DNA from: Ascidiella aspersa
Taxonomy: Eukaryota
Reading direction: 5' to 3'
Assembly (NCBI GenBank): GCA_963924565.1
Contig: OZ004611.1
Coordinates: forward strand, 33,294,001 to 33,358,000
DNA: 64,000 nt
The notes under the pieces are model-generated. The model did no database searches, was not told where the DNA came from, and saw only the letters and a program-made list of their open reading frames with translations. Made by a program: the position numbers and the translations under genes. Below, piece by piece: positions 51,401 to 64,000 of the stretch. Within the stretch, counting starts at the first letter, position 1. Each line of letters begins with the position of its first letter.

Positions 51401-54329
51401 ATCCGGAAACCATAAATAACAATGTTTACCTGGACACTTGTGTGGTGTTGGAAGGGTTCATTGTCAGCAGGACTTTTGTCATTTTCTTAAAAAATATACT
51501 TTATAAAATACAAGTTGGTTTGTTTGATGCTACATTTTTAAACATATTAAGATTAAAAAATAAGTAATCTAAAGTTGGCACTATCTATTTAAAAACTTGC
51601 ATAAACACAATGAGCTTAAGTCAGAAGTAAAACTATCGATTCTAGGATAAACATTTATCAGGCATTGGGCTTTACAACGATAAGTAACTAGCTGGAAATA
51701 ATTGTAGAACTCTGCTTTCACAAGAAGAGTGATTTATTTTAGTGGAGCTAACTCTATTTATGAATTATATAAAATAGATAACAAAAAATAAACACAATAA
51801 AGTAAACTATGCTGTTGCTTTAACGCCCACTTATTAAGTTTTATACAAACTTGTTGAGACTTACCAACAGTTACAACTGAAACATTGCTTGCGTTTTCCT
51901 GAAGTAAATGTGCAAGTGAAAGATCGCCTCCCAACCTGCTTGGAGAGTTCGGGTTCGAAGACTGGAATAAAAACACAAGGAAACTAGACAGGGTGTGCGG
52001 TTTTTGTATATTTTTCCAGGGGGTATAGCGCGGTTCTACTCTATTATATCAGGGGGTATGGTGCGGTTCTGCTATATTATACCAGGGGTGTACAGCGCAG
52101 TTCTACTATATTTTACCAGGGTGTCATTCCTTAGTTATTCTACATTCTTTAAACGGGTCTTATTTGTCAGTGTCCATATACTCCCAATGTTGTGCTTCCA
52201 GTTTCGGTGCTTTAGCAGGCAAAAGCGGATGTGGCCCGAAGTTGCGTGGTATAGGTTGGACATGGTGCACTTTTACAAGATTGATTGCCAGTGGTCTTAA
52301 TATAAATTTGGCTGCGAAGCAAGCCTATAACTTGTCTTTATAACTAAAAAATATTTGACAATTTTTTCTTGCACCCCTGTACGCCTCTCATTGGGGACAA
52401 AAGTCAATAGTGTGACGTAATCGATTTAGTTCTTTACAGCTACATACTCTAACCTAGCGGCAGAAAACCTTCAATGCAGAATTTGTTCATATCGCTTGCT
52501 TTATTCTGTCCGCGAAGCGTCTGGCTGCCTACTGTGCTTTTTTTGTCCAGCGCGTGCAACATTCATTGTGCGAAGTGGCTTGTCTCAGTGAAACTAAGCA
52601 CGTGCGACTTGCCTTTTAAAAAGAGGCTTCTCTTAGTAAATTAACTTATTGCTTTTACAAAACAACATATTTTACCGCCGCAGATTGAAATGAAAAATTG
52701 TGGAGGCAGTGTACACCACTCTGTTTCCAGTTTTTGTTCTATGAATGAAATCACTTTAATTTCTATATTTTTGTTTAGTTATTTTCCTTCATAGGTTAAT
52801 TATTTTAAATTGAAGTTCAAAATTGGCCTGAGGAGCAATCTATAATTTGTCTTTATAATTGAAAACTATTTAACAATGTTTTCTTTAGTTTTTTAGACAC
52901 CTCTAAACACAAAAACGGCCGAATTTTAATTTTACCCCCCTAAAATACTCCCCTATTTTCAAGAGGTAAAATGTTTATTTTAACATCAGCTTTGAATTAT
53001 TCTCTAACATTTGTGAAATTTTCAGAGTTTTATGTCATTTCCTTCTAGTGTAAATATATCATTGAAATTTCCTAAAGTGTTGTGCATTTTGACCCCCCGG
53101 ATGAAAAGTTCAGGGGTAAGGTTTAAAATTTTGTTACTTAGCATTGTATATGTCATGTATCCATCATCCATAAATATATCAGATTTTTTTTACATTTTTT
53201 CATCTCTGAAAAGTGCCGAAAACCAAAATTAACAAAAAATGACAGTTTTACCCCCCTAAAAACCACCCCTTAGAACCTAGCCAATTTTTTTTTATATTAG
53301 AAGCAACTTTGGGAGGGCATTTAACAGTTGTGAAAATTTCATGTTCCAACTATGTTTTTTTCCTTGTCAAAAGTGAGCCATAAAAATTGACTGAAAAAAA
53401 AAAAAAAAAAAAAAAATAATAATTCGGATAAAAACAACATGTGTCCAAAAAAAAATTTTTTTTTTCGGGCCACATAATTAAGACCTACAATTATAATATT
53501 TACAGTCACATACCGAAAAAAAACATTTTAATAAATACATTTCTCACAAAAACTAAATTTTGAAAAGGCGGAAGTTTAATAGGGTAATCAAGTGGCACTA
53601 TATAAAGACAAATTGTATTAAATTTTTGACAAGTTTTTGCGCTTCATCAGATCAAAGTAAAAAAAATATCCTGTCTAAAAAGTTAAGTAGAAAAGTTAAA
53701 TAAATTCAGTGTTAAAATATTGACTTAATGGACTTTTAATTGATGAATTGCATTAGGGTACCCCTTCATTATGTAAAATCATTGAAATGTAAATATATGG
53801 TTTGCAAACACAAAAATTTACCTGAAGATTATTTTCGAATGCGTCGTCAACTGAAACTAAAATCGGTGATGATGGGCATCTGAAACAACATTTCATCAGA
53901 AAAATGGTTAGATATTTTATAAAGAAGAAAATTATTATATATTTTATAAAGATTAACAACACGCGCTTTGAGTCACAAATATATGGGAAACTGAAAAATC
54001 CAATACAAAATGTTTTGGTAGAATCCTACAACATTTTCGTATGGGGGTTTTATATTGCTAACAATATCTGGGTTGGGGTGAGTTAGCGTTTAGGTTCGGT
54101 TGGGTTTAGTATTAATATTATATTTATTCTTACATATTTATGCCTTCCTTGCAATTTCAACTTTGAAAACTCGTTTCATCACATGGTTAATATAAATGAG
54201 GTACGGTTCTAGACCAGCACCGAAAGTTTAAATTAGTTTTATAGAAACATATACAAATAAAAGTAGACACCTCGGTGAAGTTATGTCTTGTCTTGCATCA
54301 AAGAAATCATCGGAATCACTGTCATCCAT
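36468..54329 (-). CDS. WDR44: WD repeat-containing protein 44 (Rab11-binding protein)
   Basis: Exons: 54329-54271, 53879-53822, 51961-51865, 51485-51430, 50878-50701, about 50151-49998, 49670-49527, 48846-48761, 48636-48515, 46884-46822, 45910-45836, 45355-45172, 44390-44053, 43543-43405, 42220-42033, 41612-41490, 40825-40715, 39958-39848, 39247-39140, 38463-38354, 37449-37316, 36637-36468. Motifs: FFAT-like [12 protein letters not shown], Pro-rich tract, [77 protein letters not shown]. The N-terminal exons are less certain. Confidence 0.93.
42978..43320. mobile_element. Decayed hAT MITE
   Basis: Right end ggttgagaagcactg, left end cagctgg; flanks gtttagat/atttagat (7/8). Confidence 0.65.
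44443..44538. mobile_element. 96-bp minimal hAT-type MITE
   Basis: TIR cagagttggaacaatt/aattgatccaactctg; exact TSD gtctaaat; internal taattg repeats. Confidence 0.88.
44815..45055. mobile_element. hAT (Charlie-like) MITE
   Basis: TIR cagtggttctcaa/ttgagaaccactg, same termini as the 29523 element; TSD degenerate. Confidence 0.75.
47619..47764. mobile_element. Palindromic (hairpin) MITE; degenerate second copy near 41200-41300
   Basis: Arms aataggaatatcaaagcccatacagaagtaggta... / ...tacctacttctgtatgggctttgatattcttatt; the ctacttctgtatgggctt arm recurs near 41280. Confidence 0.75.
50261..50489. mobile_element. hAT (Charlie-like) MITE
   Basis: TIR cagtggttttcaa/ttgagaaccactg; flanks atctatgt/atctgtgg. 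Confidence 0.75.
52017..52125. repeat. Degenerate ~33-bp tandem repeat
   Basis: caggggtatagcgcggttctactatattata-like unit, at least 3 copies. Confidence 0.75.
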
Positions 54330-55642
54330 TGTTGAATATCCTAAGTTTCACAAAATAATCCACAAATGATCACCTTTCCAATACTTCACATTATCAAATA
54401 TAAAGTTTGTTAATCTTCTAAATCTTTCTAAATGAAATAATTAGGTAAAAACGATTAATTAAGTTGTTGTTTTATTGACAAAAGATTTCTCACAAAACGT
54501 TAATTGCAGTTTCATGATAACACCCAAAGTTTTAACGGAGTTCGCCAAATTGGAACATGAAGTTAATTTTACGAAAATGAAAAAAACCGATTGAAACTTC
54601 CTTATGTGTTAACAACGAAAGAAGTTTTATGGATTAAAGCAAAATCACTTGACACGTTAACAATTACAGAATAAATTTCGATTTAAATCTAAAAAAATGC
54701 ACCACCTTAAAATTCTGACGTAAAAACAGAATATGCAGTGACACGCTTGAGTGATTCCCCCCTTAAAAACTTTGTGTTTTTTCAAATTATTACGAAAGTA
54801 GCAAGTTTAATAGGGTTTTTCAAAATAATATGAATGGCAGAAGGCCACAAATTAACCATAAAATAACACAAGTTGTTGATACAAACAAAATAATACAAAA
54901 AAATATATTTTATAATTTTTGGTACATTTTAAGGTGACATAATTTTCTGCTTACCATAATAAATATCTATATACTTTTTGATGGTATAAGTGTTATATTT
55001 TGGTAAATCACACTATAACGTATAAGAAAATAATATCAAACCTATATTTTACATTATATAGGTGTCTTGGTTTTCAATCGTAATATTCATAATATATTAA
55101 ATTAAAATAAAATTATGGTAAATCAATTTGTTTCCATTTTCCATTTTTCAAATATAATTCAAACAGAGGAATGTTTGACATTTTAATTCCGAATCAAATT
55201 TAAAAGAAGATAAGAAACGTGAGGATTATCACATCAAAGTAAAAGATTAGGCTGATTTAATCAAGTCAGGATTAAAGTATGAGTTTAATGTCAGCAGAAA
55301 ATAAAAAAATAAATTATTTTAAGTAGTGTTTGAGACCTTCACTGTATGTTTCTTTGTGGCGTTTTTGCTTATACACTATATTTTTAGATGAAGATTTTAA
55401 CCTATGAAAGAGTTTGAACGTTCTATTAAGACGCAATCAATCCATAGTTTTGATTTAGCTAGATAATAATTGTTTAAAAATTATTGTAAAATGTTAGACT
55501 TAGTTTACATAATTATAAGGAATTTGGTAGAAAGCTGTATTTTATTTGGCAGCAACTCTAGCTTGACTAATTTTGCATCTTAAATTGGTTTGTTAGAAAT
55601 ACAGGATCATTTTAGGAAAACAGTTTCAAATATATATTATTT

Positions 55643-55912
55643 GGCGCCCTTTCACTATTGTACGTGAAAAGTTATGCAAAAAAAAAAAAAATAATACAGC
55701 TTACCACAACGCATATTGTTTGGGTTAGGGTGCGGGTTAGCGTTTGGGTGAGGGTGGGTCAAGTAATATTATGTTTATTATTAATAATAACTTGACCCAC
55801 CCTCAACCAAACGCTAACCCGCACCCTAACCCAAACAATACGTGTTGTGGTATGCGGCATTTGAAGAAAAAAAATTTTTTATTAATTTTACGTACAATAG
55901 TGAAAGAGCGCC
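55643..55912. mobile_element. 270-bp foldback element with telomere-like GGGTTA arms
   Basis: Outer IR ggcgccctttcactattgtacgt/acgtacaatagtgaaagagcgcc, inner ~60-bp IR, 8-bp direct flank tattattt on both sides. Confidence 0.85.
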
Positions 55913-56083
55913 TATTATTTTAATTCATCTTTTTTGGAATAAAAAATCCAGGCCTAATCGTTTCCTGCGACTAAACCACACCTTTATAAAAAATTGTTCA
56001 TTGTTTAAGTATTATTTTATAAAATATAAAGGCGTGTTTTTTGTTTAATTGTTTTATAGCAAATTAGTTGAAGATCGTTTTCA

Positions 56084-62090
<6,007 letters not shown>

Positions 62091-64000
62091 TAAGAAAACA
62101 TTATTTTGTTCTTCTTTAAAACCAGTGTTTTTCAACCTTTTTTGTGGCGGCTTAAATGCTAAGCATTAAGTACAACAGTGAGGATTTGACGACAAAATTC
62201 TCTTCACTGAACTTTTGCAAGCTTGAAGTAAATAAACACAAATTAGACAATATCACAAACTAAAGAGTCCTAGTCTATTTCTATGGGCCACCTTCTGTTT
62301 GTTTCTGCAATTTTTTTCAAAATATCTTTCAGAAAAAATCTATAAAACCTAACCATGTTAAATACTGCAGTCGGCGATCAAACCAAATGTCCTGTTTGTA
62401 GTCGCGACCAATGGTTCAAGAAATCCTTTTCTGAATTCTGCTTCAGAGCTTTAAAATATAAGTCAGTCATTTTGAGGTGGCACAACCACCACTGTTTTAA
62501 GGTGCTTTGCAAGACCAGGCTCAGTCTCACAAAATATAGACAGGCCCCAGCTCGTAGATTTGTACTCTACTGAGTCACTGAACTTCTTGTGAGCTTAACA
62601 AAACATAGACCGCTTTGACTGCAGAAGAGAATTAGAAGTAAAATATGAATGAATTATTTAGTTTGATGTTTTGAACCTGCTCATTTATTTTTATACCAAT
62701 AGAACATGTTTGAACTAAAATTGTAAATCATTTCTTTAAATTACAACTTTATCATTTGAGTTGTAAAAAATAACGAACCTGGTAAAATGAGAAGTTTTAC
62801 TGAAGGTAGCTTTGTAAATATTTTTTTGAGGGGGATTAAAAATATACCTGTATTGTTAAGTTGTGAGTTAGAAATATAAAAAAGTGTTAATAAATCAGGA
62901 AATGTGGAAATTGTCGGCCAAGTAAAGAAAGCAAAAAATTATGTGCAATATTTTTTTGCAATTTTTAGGAAACAAGGCATTAAAAATTGCTTTAGAATTT
63001 TGTGCTGGCACAATTTCATCATTTTTACAAACGGGATAAAGTTACCAACCCATTGAATTGCGTGCATAAATATTTGATGCACACAGGTGGTGGAATGATG
63101 GCACTGGCTTAACATGGAGGCCAACTAAAACCTTTATTGATTTCTCTCGTTTAGCTTTGCTGTGTTTGTGGCTCCAATCAATCACATCCATGTAAGCTGC
63201 ATTTAAAATGATTAAACTTGTATTTCTTATCACCATTTCAACTGATTGAACATTTTAGGCAATTAATAATCTTCCTAAAGAGTCTGTACCTTTAGTTTTT
63301 CAACATTTTTCAATATGGATAGCTTTTCCTGAAAAACAAGCAAGTTTATTTTTTTCTAAAAAAACATTTTCTGTCAGGATTATAAGATATTTGGATTTCA
63401 TTTTTATTGGTTTAAATTATTACCATATTTTGGGTGTGGTATTGGTCTGGTAAACTTGTATTGTTTCATCTCTAGTCTGTGGAGAGAGTACAAAAGTTGC
63501 TACCACTACAAAAATATGTCCAACCCATCACAACGGTTTGGACCAACCCACAATCAGACACTGCCAGCCATCTAAGATAATCCATTTATTTCAAATAAAT
63601 AATAGCGAGGGAATTAATAACATGATCAACTCACTTTAAACAAATACAATCTCACAGATTCCAAATTTACCAATGTGTCAATGAAGAAGTGGTAATTTGT
63701 CTGGTGAGGATAGAATAGGTTTTGTATTGTTATTGATTTGTAGAAGTTTGTATCGTCACCCTTGGGACCTGGGTTAATTGTCGGCAATGTAAGTTCAACA
63801 AGCTTGAAATTAAACTTACCACAGAAATTAAATGGGAGAGAGAATTCAAAAGATATTTGGAACCTCAATAAACTGTGCTTACATAAACAGTAAAATGACC
63901 TTTCAGTGTGGAATAAAACATTAACTGCAATGTTTAACTGGTATTTAGTATTAAGTGTATAATACAGTTTGTTTTCTCTCTTAGGGATAATGCACCAATA

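Noticed and set aside
63476-64000. Candidate further MAGI exons (near 63476 and 63985)
   Set aside because: Neither continues the WW domain as expected after FYFI; unsupported without transcripts.

Overview
AT-rich animal genomic DNA with GT-AG spliced genes. A tunicate (ascidian) origin is my inference, from compact introns, an LRR-less LDLa-GPCR and abundant TGACGTCA words. Five protein-coding loci: (1) an intronless LDLa-repeat class A GPCR of the RXFP/GRL101-related group (+, 2829-5764), split by a single 1-nt frameshift near 4181; (2) a PP2A B'' regulatory subunit gene (PPP2R3-like, -, 28169-11780), with a conserved PR70/PR72-type start plus up to three further in-phase alternative first coding exons; (3) an intronless VPS53 (-, 30398-32923); (4) a roughly 20-exon WDR44 (-, 54329-36468); (5) the 5' part of a MAGI gene (+, from 56084), head-to-head with WDR44. 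Introns and intergenic DNA hold many non-autonomous hAT-type MITEs (several with exact 8-bp TSDs), foldback palindromic elements and minisatellites. No prokaryotic features, CRISPR array or rRNA/tRNA genes were seen. I found no clear-cut new system. The best candidates are the frameshift-split LDLa-GPCR and the multi-N-terminus PP2A B'' locus. Exon boundaries were read by eye.
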